61,905 nt of DNA, from the NCBI GenBank assembly GCA_944391315.1, contig CALXTD010000006.1, positions 1 to 61,905 on the forward strand. Direction: 5' to 3'. Position 1 is the first letter of the stretch. Every line of letters begins with the position of its first letter. Below, piece by piece: positions 9,275 to 19,585 of this stretch. The notes beneath the pieces are model-generated. The model did no database searches. It worked only from the letters and a program-made list of their open reading frames with translations, and was not told the origin of the DNA. The translations under genes were made by a program, and so were the position numbers. The DNA comes from an uncultured Alphaproteobacteria bacterium (lineage in GTDB: Bacteria; Pseudomonadota; Alphaproteobacteria; RF32; CAG-239).

Positions 9275-10657
9275 TTATCGATCGAGGCTTAGTCTGTTTT
9301 TGTTGTTGGTATAAATTTCTCCGGAATTTGGACGGTTAAACCAAGTATAGAGGATGCTGACTTCTTCTTTATCAGATATCCATGGATTATAGTTTTTTAA
9401 AACCTGACTATGTAGGTTGTGCGTAAATATGGCGCGCAGTGTATTGTCTATATGAGTGGAATAATTATCACTAAAATCAGGCTGTGCGGCAATATTCATT
9501 GCAACTATCCCGCCCTCTTTGACATGATCTTTCACCCTTTGAAAATATTCTGCCGTTACCAAAGACAGCGGAGGAGTTTCTGCTGAATAAGAATCCAATA
9601 CAATTAAGTCATATTTCTCTTTATTTTCATTTAAAAACTGGTTGGCGTCATTGACCACAAATTTTTTATTGGCGCCGAGTTTCTTGCCAAGAAATTTTTC
9701 TTCTGCGTGTTTCTTGAGGCTTTTATCTATATCAACATAAGTATAATCGTTAAAATCATCATCTTTGCCCATGGTAAAGCCGCCGGCTCCTAATATTAAA
9801 ATTTTGCTCTTTTTATCCTTTGGAAGCGTATTTATAAAATTTTCATCAATATAGACAGTGTATTCGAACAGCAAATTTTTATCCGCTGATAATTTTGAGG
9901 CAAAAGTATCGTTAATAGTCATCAGCTTTGACTTGCCTTTATCTATATTTAAGATAGCGATGGTTGAAACAGCGTTGTTTTCGACAATTCCAAATATTTT
10001 TTCAAGAATAAGGCCATGGTTCAAAATTATAGCCGTCAGCAAAATTGCGCACCAGCGGAACGGCAAAAATCTTTTGGAAAACAATGCCGCACCGAAAAGG
10101 CACATTATTACCACACAGACAATGGTATAATTAACACCAAGCAAAGGCATAAAAACTAAAGTGGATACCAAAGAACCCAACACCGAGCCAATTGTATCAA
10201 CCGCCATAACCTTGCCGGTATAGTTGCGGTTATATTTATGCAGCAGGCGGCTGGCCAATGATGTGATGAGGCCAAAGACATAAGACGGATAAGATAAAAA
10301 AATCAGGCTGTATATGGTTGTTTTTAGCAGGCTGTTGTTAATTTCCATCATATATAAGCCGGTAAAATATGCTGCCAATAAGACAAAGCTTGATGATAAT
10401 ATGACCAGCCATGACAGGCGGATAAAAGATTTATATATTGTGTTTCTTAGTCTGGTTTGTGATATAGAGGCGGTTGAACCTTTATAATATCCGACAGACA
10501 TAAACAGCATAATCACTCCGATGATAATCGACGTTATTGCGGTGGTTGAACCGACAAATGTACTGAGTTGTCTTAACGCAATCAGTTCCGTTGCCAGAGA
10601 AGCAAAGCCACCGATAAAAATTGCGCTCAGCATCAGGAGTTTTATTTTTTTATTCAT
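9275..10657 (-). CDS. Membrane-anchored spermidine synthase-like SAM-binding protein (fused MFS/SpeE type)
   Basis: N-terminal multi-TM region (GSVLGS), then ILILGAGG, VVNDA, YDLIVLDSY. Confidence 0.75.
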   Translation of the reverse strand: MNKKIKLLMLSAIFIGGFASLATELIALRQLSTFVGSTTAITSIIIGVIMLFMSVGYYKGSTASISQTRLRNTIYKSFIRLSWLVILSSSFVLLAAYFTGLYMMEINNSLLKTTIYSLIFLSYPSYVFGLITSLASRLLHKYNRNYTGKVMAVDTIGSVLGSLVSTLVFMPLLGVNYTIVCVVIMCLFGAALFSKRFLPFRWCAILLTAIILNHGLILEKIFGIVENNAVSTIAILNIDKGKSKLMTINDTFASKLSADKNLLFEYTVYIDENFINTLPKDKKSKILILGAGGFTMGKDDDFNDYTYVDIDKSLKKHAEEKFLGKKLGANKKFVVNDANQFLNENKEKYDLIVLDSYSAETPPLSLVTAEYFQRVKDHVKEGGIVAMNIAAQPDFSDNYSTHIDNTLRAIFTHNLHSQVLKNYNPWISDKEEVSILYTWFNRPNSGEIYTNNKNRLSLDR

Positions 10658-10810
10658 GTTTGTCTTCTTTCCGTCATTATTTTATTTGAGTGTAATCTTC
10701 CTTGAGTTGCCTTGCAAGGCCAAAATAATTTATGCTCTTTTGGTTTTATGGTTGACGGTTTATGTTTTTACAACTATCATTATTCTATCTTGCATATAGG
10801 AGAAAAGATT

Positions 10811-11239
10811 ATGTGCCGTTATTTCTCGTTAATTTGTGTTTCTGCCTTTTTAGCTTCTGCGGCCTTTGCCGGTGACATTCGCTATGGATATAATAATCAG
10901 GGAGAATATGTGCCAATCGAGATTGACGGGCAGCGCGTTGAATATGGCTACAACAATCAGGGCGAATATGTTCCCATTGCCATTGGAAACAAAAGAGTTG
11001 AATATGGTTATAACAACCAAGGAAAATATGTCCCGACATCAATCGGTGATGAAAAAATCGGTTATGGATATAATAACCAAGGCGAATATGTAGCAACTTC
11101 TATCGGCGATGAGAAAATCGGTTATGGATATAATAACCAAGGTCATTATGTGCCAACTTCTGTCGGTGATGAAAAAATCGGCTACGGATACAACAACCAA
11201 GGTGTTTATGCGCCGGTTGCCATAGGACAACCATTTTAG
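10811..11239 (+). CDS. Secreted protein made of six 20-aa repeats (YGYNNQGxYVP..IG)
   Basis: RBS ggag before ATG 10811, signal peptide ending AAFA, six tandem repeats with a 60-bp DNA period. Confidence 0.8.
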   Translation: MCRYFSLICVSAFLASAAFAGDIRYGYNNQGEYVPIEIDGQRVEYGYNNQGEYVPIAIGNKRVEYGYNNQGKYVPTSIGDEKIGYGYNNQGEYVATSIGDEKIGYGYNNQGHYVPTSVGDEKIGYGYNNQGVYAPVAIGQPF

Positions 11240-11266
11240 CAGGATTTTGAGCGTTTCGGCTTAGGA

Positions 11267-12397
11267 TTAATATTTTAGGGCTATGCCGGTTACGATGGCG
11301 TAGCCTTTATTGTTATTATCTGATGCTCTGTCAATGCCTTTTGAATTGATGTATGCATTTATCCAAAACAAGTCAAAATATTTATTTAGTGTGTAGCGGT
11401 TGGTTTGCACCAATAAATCATCTCGGTGTCTGGTGTTTTCGGCCTGAGCATGAAGGTAAGCTAAATTTGTTTTGAATGCGCCAAAATCATACCCAATGCT
11501 AAAATCCCAGACCTGACTTTCACGATAATTATCAAAATATGCCGGCAGGTTTGAATTTTGGGCGGTTGTTGAAATCGGATTTTTATGGCCTTCAATATAT
11601 GCTTTTTTATAAGATGTTGACATGCTCAGGCCTTTATACTTCCATCTTAAGCCAAAGGCCCATTCATTATCTGTTCGATTAAATAGTCCATATGCGGCCG
11701 AGGTATATAAAGTTCCTAAGCCGACATCCCATTTATTTTGCATTCCTGCCGTATAACCGTCTTGGGTTGTTTCATAATTTACATAACGGCTGACCAAGCC
11801 GCGGCGATTGGCATTATCCGGCGTGTAGCTGAAACCTAATTTTGTATTTCCAATTTCCGGAGTAAAATAACTAAATTTTGCGGCTCTGCCATCATCTAAA
11901 ATATGACTGGATTTTGGGGTGGCAAATTTGACGCTGCTTAAACCATTTACCCAGTTGGCACTGCTCAAAAAATATGTGAGGTTGCTATCTTGTATCCCGA
12001 GCCAACTTATATCTTGCGCCCCTTGATGCAAAATATAGGCTGCGTTATAGGTGTATCCTATCGTCAGCTTGCCGTAATTTTTATGTTCGGCCAGGGCATA
12101 GGGATAAAAGCGCCAGTCTCCTTTATCATAGCTCTTATCATGCTGGCGATAGACAACTGTATAATCTCCGTGCAGTCCTAATCTGGTACCGTTATTATAT
12201 TTATATGCTCCTTCTAATTTTCCATCCAGACGGAAAACTCCCCTATTCGGCAAATTGGCGATATTATTGTCGTCTCTTGTTTCCATTACGCCATAGTATA
12301 AACCGCCCAATCCGGACTGCCAAAACTCAAATTCATCGGCATAGCTTGGCAACGAAAAGCTCATAACCGCCAATGCTCCTGTCAAAAACTTCTTCAT
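11267..12397 (-). CDS. Outer-membrane porin
   Basis: Signal peptide, amphipathic aromatic-rich strands, K.SYFTP and SYTPD porin-like motifs, terminal aromatic residue. Confidence 0.75.
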   Translation of the reverse strand: MKKFLTGALAVMSFSLPSYADEFEFWQSGLGGLYYGVMETRDDNNIANLPNRGVFRLDGKLEGAYKYNNGTRLGLHGDYTVVYRQHDKSYDKGDWRFYPYALAEHKNYGKLTIGYTYNAAYILHQGAQDISWLGIQDSNLTYFLSSANWVNGLSSVKFATPKSSHILDDGRAAKFSYFTPEIGNTKLGFSYTPDNANRRGLVSRYVNYETTQDGYTAGMQNKWDVGLGTLYTSAAYGLFNRTDNEWAFGLRWKYKGLSMSTSYKKAYIEGHKNPISTTAQNSNLPAYFDNYRESQVWDFSIGYDFGAFKTNLAYLHAQAENTRHRDDLLVQTNRYTLNKYFDLFWINAYINSKGIDRASDNNNKGYAIVTGIALKY

Positions 12398-12570
12398 TCT
12401 TTCTCTTTATTTTTTCATTTAATTGAGGGAGTATATTACATAATTATTTTTTAAATTTTACTTAATCATTCCTTATTATTCCCTTTTCTGACACTTTTAG
12501 TTTTATTCTCTTGACTTGATTTTTAAAATGTTTTCTTATGTCTTAGGTGTTTGTTTTTCTGAGGGAGATT

Positions 12571-14160
12571 ATGGCTAGGTTATTTCATTCAAAAGTCTTT
12601 GTTTTGGCACTTTGGGGCGCTGTTATTGCGGCTTTCATATTCGTTGGGCGCTGGGGGTTTTTGAAATATCTTGACTATAAACAAGAGAAACTGGCTCAAG
12701 AACTGACAGTTCATGACAAGCCATTTAATGCTGAAACACTCGTTCAGATGGCTAAGTCCCTTGCAAAGAATCCTTATATTCCACCAAAATCTGCTTTACC
12801 TAAAGAAATTGACACACTTGATTATGACCAGCATCGTGACATTAGATTTGTGCGTGAAAACGGTCCGTGGTTTGATAAAAAGCTAAAGTTTGAAATGCAG
12901 TTTTTTCACCTTGGTTCTTTGTTTAAGACATCTATCCCCGTTAACGAAGTTATCAAGGGAAAGAGTCACTCTATTCCTTATTCTGCTGCATTTTTTGATT
13001 ATGGTAAGAATAAACTTACTTCCGATGCACTTAAAGGAATCGGATATGCCGGTTTTCGTCTTCATTACCCGCTGAATTCATCTGACTATTATGATGAGTT
13101 GGTTGCTTTTTTGGGCGCAAGCTATTTTCGGGCTCTCGGAAAAGGCCAAAAATACGGTTTATCTGCTCGCGGCTTAGCGATTGACACCGCCTTGCAGACC
13201 GGCGAAGAATTTCCTATTTTCAGAGAATTTTGGATTGTGAGACCCAAAAGAAAAGACAATTTTGTTACAATCTATGCTTTGCTCGACAGCCCCAGTGTGA
13301 CGGGTGCTTTTGAATTTAAGGTTACTCCGGGGGAAAGCACGACTATTGATGTTGATGCAACGTTATTTACGCGAAAAGCTATTAAAAAGCTTGGCATCGC
13401 ACCGTTGACATCTATGTATTTGTTTGGAGAAAACACAAAGAATCGGTTTGATGATCATCGTCCCGAAGTTCATGACAGTGACGGATTGTTAGTTTGGAAC
13501 GGAAATAATGAATGGTTATGGCGACCTTTGGATAATGCAAAACAGCTTCGAATCAGCGCTTTTGTTGATAATAACCCTAAAGGTTTCGGCTTGCTTCAGC
13601 GCGACCAAGACCCAGCTCATTATCTTGACTTCGAATCTATGTATGAACAACGTCCAAGCCTGTGGGTTGAACCGCTTGAAGACTGGGGAAAAGGCTGGGT
13701 AGAACTGGTTGAAATTCCGTCCATCCAAGAAATTCACGATAATGTTGTTGCTTATTGGGTTCCGAAAAAGCCGGTTGATGCTAATCAAGAACTTCATTTC
13801 AAATATCGTCTTTATTGGTTCAAAAAACTGCCCATTACAAAAGTTCCCGGCGATATTACCGCCACCTATACAGGAATCGGCGGAGTATCCGGAATGCTCG
13901 AAACGCAGAAAAGAAAATTTGTGATTGACTTTGACGTTCTTAACATGGAAAAAGAACTGGCTAAAGGCATTGTATCGTTAGATGTTTCAGCAAGCGAAGG
14001 AAAAATCTCCGGTCAACATTTGATGTATAATCCCGTTACAAAAGGATTGACTGCTTATATCGACTTTGTTCCTAACGGAAAAACGTCTGAGTTACGAGCC
14101 GTTCTGGTAAAAAAAGGTAAGAATATTTCTGAAGTTTGGAGTTATCAGTGGTTGCCTTAA
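12571..14160 (+). CDS. opgG: Periplasmic glucan biosynthesis protein OpgG/MdoG
   Basis: FLGASYFRA, YGLSARGLAIDT, RPEVHDSDGL, EVWSYQW. Confidence 0.92.
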   Translation: MARLFHSKVFVLALWGAVIAAFIFVGRWGFLKYLDYKQEKLAQELTVHDKPFNAETLVQMAKSLAKNPYIPPKSALPKEIDTLDYDQHRDIRFVRENGPWFDKKLKFEMQFFHLGSLFKTSIPVNEVIKGKSHSIPYSAAFFDYGKNKLTSDALKGIGYAGFRLHYPLNSSDYYDELVAFLGASYFRALGKGQKYGLSARGLAIDTALQTGEEFPIFREFWIVRPKRKDNFVTIYALLDSPSVTGAFEFKVTPGESTTIDVDATLFTRKAIKKLGIAPLTSMYLFGENTKNRFDDHRPEVHDSDGLLVWNGNNEWLWRPLDNAKQLRISAFVDNNPKGFGLLQRDQDPAHYLDFESMYEQRPSLWVEPLEDWGKGWVELVEIPSIQEIHDNVVAYWVPKKPVDANQELHFKYRLYWFKKLPITKVPGDITATYTGIGGVSGMLETQKRKFVIDFDVLNMEKELAKGIVSLDVSASEGKISGQHLMYNPVTKGLTAYIDFVPNGKTSELRAVLVKKGKNISEVWSYQWLP

Positions 14161-14576
14161 AGCTTTTATCCAAAGATGATGTTATCGCCGCTTATTTGAA
14201 AAGTTTTGGTTTTCAAGGAGAACGTTTGGCTGCAGCGGTTTCAGCTATCTCTGCTGACTTAAAGACATTTTCTTCCGACGACGGTGAAGCCCTTATAAAA
14301 AAAGTGGATTTAATTTTATTAAAAACCGCACGAAAGATTTTTTTGCATGCAGAGCTTGCCGATGAACAGTTATTGGCGCAGTTTAAGCTTTGTTTTATTT
14401 TGGCTGGTGGTGCTGAAAAATGTTCTCCAGCCGCACTAAAGACACTCTCTTTGCCGGAATCATTAATATCAGAAATGAGGCAACTCTTTATGGTGAATGC
14501 TCCGGCTTGCCACTATCAAGAAATGCCGGCGCAGTCTTTGGATTATTCTTCAATCGAGGAGAAAAAACATGGTTAA
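14148..14576 (+). CDS. Small protein between opgG and opgH, overlapping both
   Basis: Open frame overlapping both neighbours; the GTG start at 14148 is inferred. Confidence 0.6.
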   Translation: MVALKLLSKDDVIAAYLKSFGFQGERLAAAVSAISADLKTFSSDDGEALIKKVDLILLKTARKIFLHAELADEQLLAQFKLCFILAGGAEKCSPAALKTLSLPESLISEMRQLFMVNAPACHYQEMPAQSLDYSSIEEKKHG

Positions 14577-16605
14577 CCGTTTTATTCCGATTTCTCCAAA
14601 GCAAATTAAGCGCCGCCGCTCTCTGATATTCGGCTTGGTATTGGTGTCAACTCTTTTGGCAACCTTGAAGTGGATTGTGGTTATTCCCAGTGATGCTTTT
14701 ATGGTTACCAAAATTTTTATGACATTGTTTTTTGTTTTGACTTTTGCATGGATTGCGCTGTTTTTCTGGTCAAGTATTTTCGGCTTTGTAGAATTGTTGC
14801 GGCGCAGAAATGTTCCCGGCGTACATTGGCCAGCTGCTCAGCGTCAGCTTTCTTCAAAAACGGCTATTTTAATGCCGGTTTATAACGAATCTCCGTCAAC
14901 TGTATTTGCTAATCTTTTGGCCATGGCAGAAAGCCTAAAAAATACCGGCCAAGAAAAGCATTTTGATATTTTTGTTCTTAGCGACACGACCAATCCTAAG
15001 GTTTGGATAGAAGAAGAAAATCTTTGGTTTGAAACAAAAAAGTTAATGCCCAGCGGCATGAATATCTATTATCGCAGACGTGCACAAAACACAGCACGAA
15101 AAAGCGGTAATATCGAAGATTTTTGCCATAAATGGGGGGCGCTTTATGACTATATGATTGTGCTTGATGCAGACAGTCTGTTGGAAGGTGAAACAATGGT
15201 GACTATGGCTCAGCTTATGGAGCTGAACTCTGACAGCGGAATTATTCAAGCGCCACCGATGTGTGTTAATCAGAACTCTCTTTTTTCACGAATCCAGCAA
15301 TTTGCCGGAAAAGTCTATGGCCCGATTGTTTCTGCCGGTTTGGCCTATTGGCAAGTCTGCGACAGCAATTACTGGGGGCATAATGCAATTATTCGCGTTA
15401 AGGCATTTATGCAATGTTGCAAACTTCCGGTACTGAAAGGGAAAGCTCCTTTTGGAGGTCATATCCTGAGTCACGACTTTGTTGAAGCGGCTCTTATTTC
15501 TCGCGGTGGATGGAAAGCATGGTTGCTTCCCGAGCTTAAAGGAAGTTATGAAGAATGTCCGCCTTCGATGATTGATTTTGCCGTTCGTGACCGCCGTTGG
15601 TGTCAGGGAAATATGCAGCACATAAAAGTTCTTATCTCTAAGGCTATTCATCCCGTTAGCCGTGTGCATTTTATTATCGGAATTATGTCTTATTTATCTT
15701 CGCCTTTGTGGTTGTGTTTCTTGCTCATCGGGCTAGCGGTTGCGCTTGGGCGAAACATCTTTCCGACAGAATATTTTCCAACAACCTATACCCTTTTTCC
15801 GAACTGGCCGATATTTGATAAAATCGGCGTTATCAGCTTGTTTGCGTTTTCTATGTTTATGCTCATCTTTCCAAAATTTCTTGGTCTTATTATCTTTTTG
15901 AAGCAAAATAAACCCAAGAATTATGGCGGATTTTGGGCTCCGATTAAGTCTACTTTTACCGAGATTATTTTCAGCGCACTCTCGGCTCCAATCATGATGA
16001 TGTTTCAAAGCAAATTTGTATTTGATATTTTTACCGGAAATTCCGTTAGCTGGAATACACAAAATCGTGACGCCGTCGGAACATCTTGGAAAACGGCTTG
16101 GCAACGCCACAAGTGGCATATGTTTTTGGGAATTGTCTCGACATTGATTATTTGGCAATATGCTCATGATTTGTTTTGGTGGATGTTGCCGATTACGCTC
16201 GGGCTTATTTTGTCGCTACCAATCTCGGTCTTTTCTTCTCGAGAAGCTCTTGGAATTAAAGCTAAGAAAAAGCGCTTTTTCATTATTCCGGAAGAAATCA
16301 GTTGTCCTGATATATTGCGCCGTTCTCTCCGCTTGCGTCCTAAGCTGAAATCTCTTAACACTGCAACAGAAGGGGTTATTTCTTTGGTTAAAGACAGCAG
16401 GCTTACGGCTTTGCACATCTTGATGCTTGAAGTTAACGGTCCGGCACCCATTGCTTCTCCTTTGGTCTTGGAAGCGGCTAAGATTAAGCTGGATAATTTT
16501 CTTAGTCATCATCTTGCTCCTGATTTTGAAAAAGATGAAGAAATCGCCCTGCTCTATCATCCCGAAATTCTAAAAAAAGCAAACCTCATTTTGCAGCTTG
16601 ATTGA
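14569..16605 (+). CDS. opgH: Glucans biosynthesis glucosyltransferase OpgH/MdoH
   Basis: MPVYNE, LSDT, RKSGNI, LDADS, YWGHNAIIR, LSHDFVEA, RDRRWCQGN. Confidence 0.93.
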   Translation: MVNRFIPISPKQIKRRRSLIFGLVLVSTLLATLKWIVVIPSDAFMVTKIFMTLFFVLTFAWIALFFWSSIFGFVELLRRRNVPGVHWPAAQRQLSSKTAILMPVYNESPSTVFANLLAMAESLKNTGQEKHFDIFVLSDTTNPKVWIEEENLWFETKKLMPSGMNIYYRRRAQNTARKSGNIEDFCHKWGALYDYMIVLDADSLLEGETMVTMAQLMELNSDSGIIQAPPMCVNQNSLFSRIQQFAGKVYGPIVSAGLAYWQVCDSNYWGHNAIIRVKAFMQCCKLPVLKGKAPFGGHILSHDFVEAALISRGGWKAWLLPELKGSYEECPPSMIDFAVRDRRWCQGNMQHIKVLISKAIHPVSRVHFIIGIMSYLSSPLWLCFLLIGLAVALGRNIFPTEYFPTTYTLFPNWPIFDKIGVISLFAFSMFMLIFPKFLGLIIFLKQNKPKNYGGFWAPIKSTFTEIIFSALSAPIMMMFQSKFVFDIFTGNSVSWNTQNRDAVGTSWKTAWQRHKWHMFLGIVSTLIIWQYAHDLFWWMLPITLGLILSLPISVFSSREALGIKAKKKRFFIIPEEISCPDILRRSLRLRPKLKSLNTATEGVISLVKDSRLTALHILMLEVNGPAPIASPLVLEAAKIKLDNFLSHHLAPDFEKDEEIALLYHPEILKKANLILQLD

Positions 16606-16690
16606 AATTCGCCATGATATTTCTTATGTCTTGATTTAGGCGCAAATTTGTTTTATCCTTGTTATAGCTATTTTTTTGAAAGGGTTTATC

Positions 16691-17404
16691 ATGAACAAAA
16701 TATTAAATTATATTCACAGCGGAAAAGGTATTGGAGCTCTTTTTCTGCTCGCATTAAGCTTGATTTGTGTTCTGCTTATCTCTTTGTCGCTTTCTCTCGG
16801 CACAAAAGAAATCGTTGAGAAAACACAAGAGGTTTCAGAAAAGTTGCTGCCCATTAAAATTGAAAATTATACTCTGGTTGAACCTGCTACCGAAAAAAGA
16901 GAGGCCTCTTTTTCTATCGGCGGTCAACAAATTAATTTTGCCATAGATCCAACAACGGATGCTCTTGATACTTCTGCATTGAAACAAGGTATCTATATGA
17001 GTCGCAAAAATGTTTATTTCGTCAGCGATGTTGATACCAAGGTTGAGTCTTTTGCTCAAAATCTGGACTTGCCCAAAGGTGATTATCGCGATACGATTAC
17101 CGAGCTTTTATCTATGCTTAAATGGACAATTATCTTAGTGTCATTTGTCGGATTTTTTATTGCATTTGTCGTACTGGCTCTATTCTATGCTTTTTGCGCT
17201 GGTATTATTGGCTCTATCTTGAAAAAAGCTATTCCTTTTGATGCTAAAATGCGCTTGTCGTCAATTTGCTTATCCGGCGTTGTGATATTGTTTATTTTGC
17301 TGTCATTTGTCGGTTTGAACTTAGGCTTATTGGCTTCTTTGCCGATTGTGCTTTTGTTGCAGTTTTTCTATTTTGCAAAAATTGTTCCGACAGCGCAAGA
17401 TTAA
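16691..17404 (+). CDS. Membrane protein (DUF1189-like topology)
   Basis: N-terminal TM, soluble domain, three or more C-terminal TMs. Confidence 0.6.
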   Translation: MNKILNYIHSGKGIGALFLLALSLICVLLISLSLSLGTKEIVEKTQEVSEKLLPIKIENYTLVEPATEKREASFSIGGQQINFAIDPTTDALDTSALKQGIYMSRKNVYFVSDVDTKVESFAQNLDLPKGDYRDTITELLSMLKWTIILVSFVGFFIAFVVLALFYAFCAGIIGSILKKAIPFDAKMRLSSICLSGVVILFILLSFVGLNLGLLASLPIVLLLQFFYFAKIVPTAQD

Positions 17405-17412
17405 TTTTTAAC

Positions 17413-17449
17413 AAAAAAAACAGGCGGATTTTACTCCGCCTGTTTTTTT
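17413..17449. terminator. Bidirectional intrinsic terminator
   Basis: A-tract, caggcgga-tttta-c-tccgcctg, T-tract between convergent genes. Confidence 0.8.
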
Positions 17450-17457
17450 ATGTTTCT

Positions 17458-18042
17458 TTATTTTCTTTTTATTACAGCTTCGGCAATTTCTTTGGCCAGT
17501 TTATCAACCAGCTCGCTTTGTTTTTCTACCAAATCAACGTAGCCTTTGCCTAAATCTGTCTTGAAAAAGCTGCGGCGGGAAGCCAAAATCGAACCATCCT
17601 TGCCGCTGATTTCCCACCAAGCTTCAATCATAACTTGTTCATCCCACGTTCCTTCAAAGCGGCTTATTTCTACATTTATGTTATAAGCTGCCGGTTTGTA
17701 GATGCTGTCAACCGTTCGGATTTGTGCTTGAGGCAAATACTGCGCAATATCCGCGGCCAAAGTTCTTTGAATAATGTCGCTCAAAGGGGCTCCCCAGCGG
17801 TTGAACTCGCTTTTTACAATCTCGACACGATTGCTGTCTATGGTTACAATTTGAGGCTGTTGCAGATAGTCTGCCAGCTCAATTTTTTCTATCTGAATGT
17901 CAAATGTTTTTTGAGAAAGAGCCTGAACCTCCATCGGGGTGCTTAAAGTGTAAAAAGTTGAGTTCGGACTATAGCCGCCAAAGCATCCGCTCAGTGCCAT
18001 CATTGCTCCCGCGAGGGCTGCTTGTCTCCATTTTTTTATCAT
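17458..18042 (-). CDS. PqiC-like ABC auxiliary lipoprotein
   Basis: Lipobox LSGC, FYTL, YLQQPQIV, RWGAPL, ISRFEG. Confidence 0.8.
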   Translation of the reverse strand: MIKKWRQAALAGAMMALSGCFGGYSPNSTFYTLSTPMEVQALSQKTFDIQIEKIELADYLQQPQIVTIDSNRVEIVKSEFNRWGAPLSDIIQRTLAADIAQYLPQAQIRTVDSIYKPAAYNINVEISRFEGTWDEQVMIEAWWEISGKDGSILASRRSFFKTDLGKGYVDLVEKQSELVDKLAKEIAEAVIKRK

Positions 18043-18825
18043 TTATTTCTCCTTTCCTCTGACGATAGCTTCCGGATGACGCTCTAAATAATCCGTCAAA
18101 TTACGGAGAGAGTCTCCTGCCCGTTTTACGCTGACTGCGGCGTCATTCAAATTTTTTATAGTCGCTTTAATTGCCTGAGCATTGGTCGCAACAAGGTCGC
18201 TCGTACCTTGAAATGTTTTGCTGACTTGCGGTAAAATATTGGGCAATTCTTGATTTAGTTTTGTCAGGACTCCGTTAAAGTTTGCAACCAAAGCACTGAC
18301 TTGAACCTTTGATAAGTCCTGCGAAATTTCTTTTATCGGCGATAAAACTGTCGGTATTTCTAAGATATCATTATTTTCGCCCTGATATTTTAGCACAATC
18401 GGGCTATTGGGCAATATTACCAATTCAACAATAAGCTGTCCCGTAATGTAATTTTGTATTCCAAGTCGTGCTCTCAGCCCTTTTTCAATCAGCTTATTCA
18501 GCAGTTCTTTTCTGCTATGATAGCTTTTGCGGGATAAGCTGCTTTTGTATTCGGTCAAGGTTGCATATACCGGTATGCGAAAGCTTGTGTCATCGCTATT
18601 CGTGATTAACTCTATTTTTGAGATTTTTCCGATTTCCACACCATTGAAAACTACAGATGAGCCAACGTTTAACCCTCTGACCGATTCATCAAAATACATA
18701 ACAACCGTATCTCTTTTATTCGGCATAATGTTTGTGCTGATATAGCTGGCTAAAATGACAATAACCGCAACAATACCGGTTACGACAAACAAGCCTATCA
18801 TCTTGGTATTTGGCTTTCTAGGCAT
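18043..18825 (-). CDS. mlaD: MlaD/MCE-domain protein
   Basis: IGLFV, FDESVRGLNVGSSVVFNGVEIG, YLERHPEA. Confidence 0.85.
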   Translation of the reverse strand: MPRKPNTKMIGLFVVTGIVAVIVILASYISTNIMPNKRDTVVMYFDESVRGLNVGSSVVFNGVEIGKISKIELITNSDDTSFRIPVYATLTEYKSSLSRKSYHSRKELLNKLIEKGLRARLGIQNYITGQLIVELVILPNSPIVLKYQGENNDILEIPTVLSPIKEISQDLSKVQVSALVANFNGVLTKLNQELPNILPQVSKTFQGTSDLVATNAQAIKATIKNLNDAAVSVKRAGDSLRNLTDYLERHPEAIVRGKEK

Positions 18826-19585
18826 GGATATTTTCTCCTCGCGTTAAAAATTCTTTGACTTTTTCATTTGGCGGATTTTTCAAAAGCTCTTTAGGATTGC
18901 CGCTGCCTTTTATGCTTTTGGTTTCCGCATCCAGATAAACGGAATTGTTGGCTACGGCAAAAATTGACGGCAATTCATGGCTGACGATTACAAAAGTTGT
19001 TCCCAGACTTTGGTTCAACTCGATAAATAAATCATCAAGCAAGTGAGAGCTTATCGGGTCAAGGCCTGCAGAAGGTTCATCACAATAGACTATCTTGGGA
19101 TCTAGGGCTAAAGCTCTTGCCAATCCGGCTCTTTTTTTCATACCGCCGCTTATCTCTGATGGATAAAAATTTTCAAACCCGGCCAAGCCAACCAGCGCCA
19201 ATTTTAGCGATACAAGTTCTTTTATCAGGCTTGAAGAGTAATCTGTATATTGCTGTAGCGGCATTGCAATGTTTTCGGCCAAAGTCATGGAGCTGAACAA
19301 TGCTCCGCTTTGATATAATATGCCGCAATCAGTCATAATATCTTTGCGCAAAGTTTGATCTGAAGTCCATAAATTTTTGCCGTCTATTTTGATGCGACCG
19401 CTTGCTGCCTTTTTTAATCCGGTTAGGATATGAAGCAAAGTTGACTTGCCGCAGCCTGAGCCGCCCATAATCACAAAGATATCGTGTTCCTTCACCGCAA
19501 AGCTGATATTTTTCATCAGCATAAAATCGCCATAGCCAAAGCTCAAGTCTGTTGCTTCGATAATATTTTTGGGCTCTGCAATCAT
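18818..19585 (-). CDS. mlaF: MlaF-type ABC ATP-binding protein
   Basis: GGSGCGKS, ISGGMKKRAGLARALALDP, DEPSAGLDP. Confidence 0.88.
   Translation of the reverse strand: MIAEPKNIIEATDLSFGYGDFMLMKNISFAVKEHDIFVIMGGSGCGKSTLLHILTGLKKAASGRIKIDGKNLWTSDQTLRKDIMTDCGILYQSGALFSSMTLAENIAMPLQQYTDYSSSLIKELVSLKLALVGLAGFENFYPSEISGGMKKRAGLARALALDPKIVYCDEPSAGLDPISSHLLDDLFIELNQSLGTTFVIVSHELPSIFAVANNSVYLDAETKSIKGSGNPKELLKNPPNEKVKEFLTRGENIHA

Noticed and set aside
10877-11230. 60-bp periodic repeat as a CRISPR array
   Set aside because: It lies in frame in a signal-peptide ORF and varies mainly at synonymous positions.
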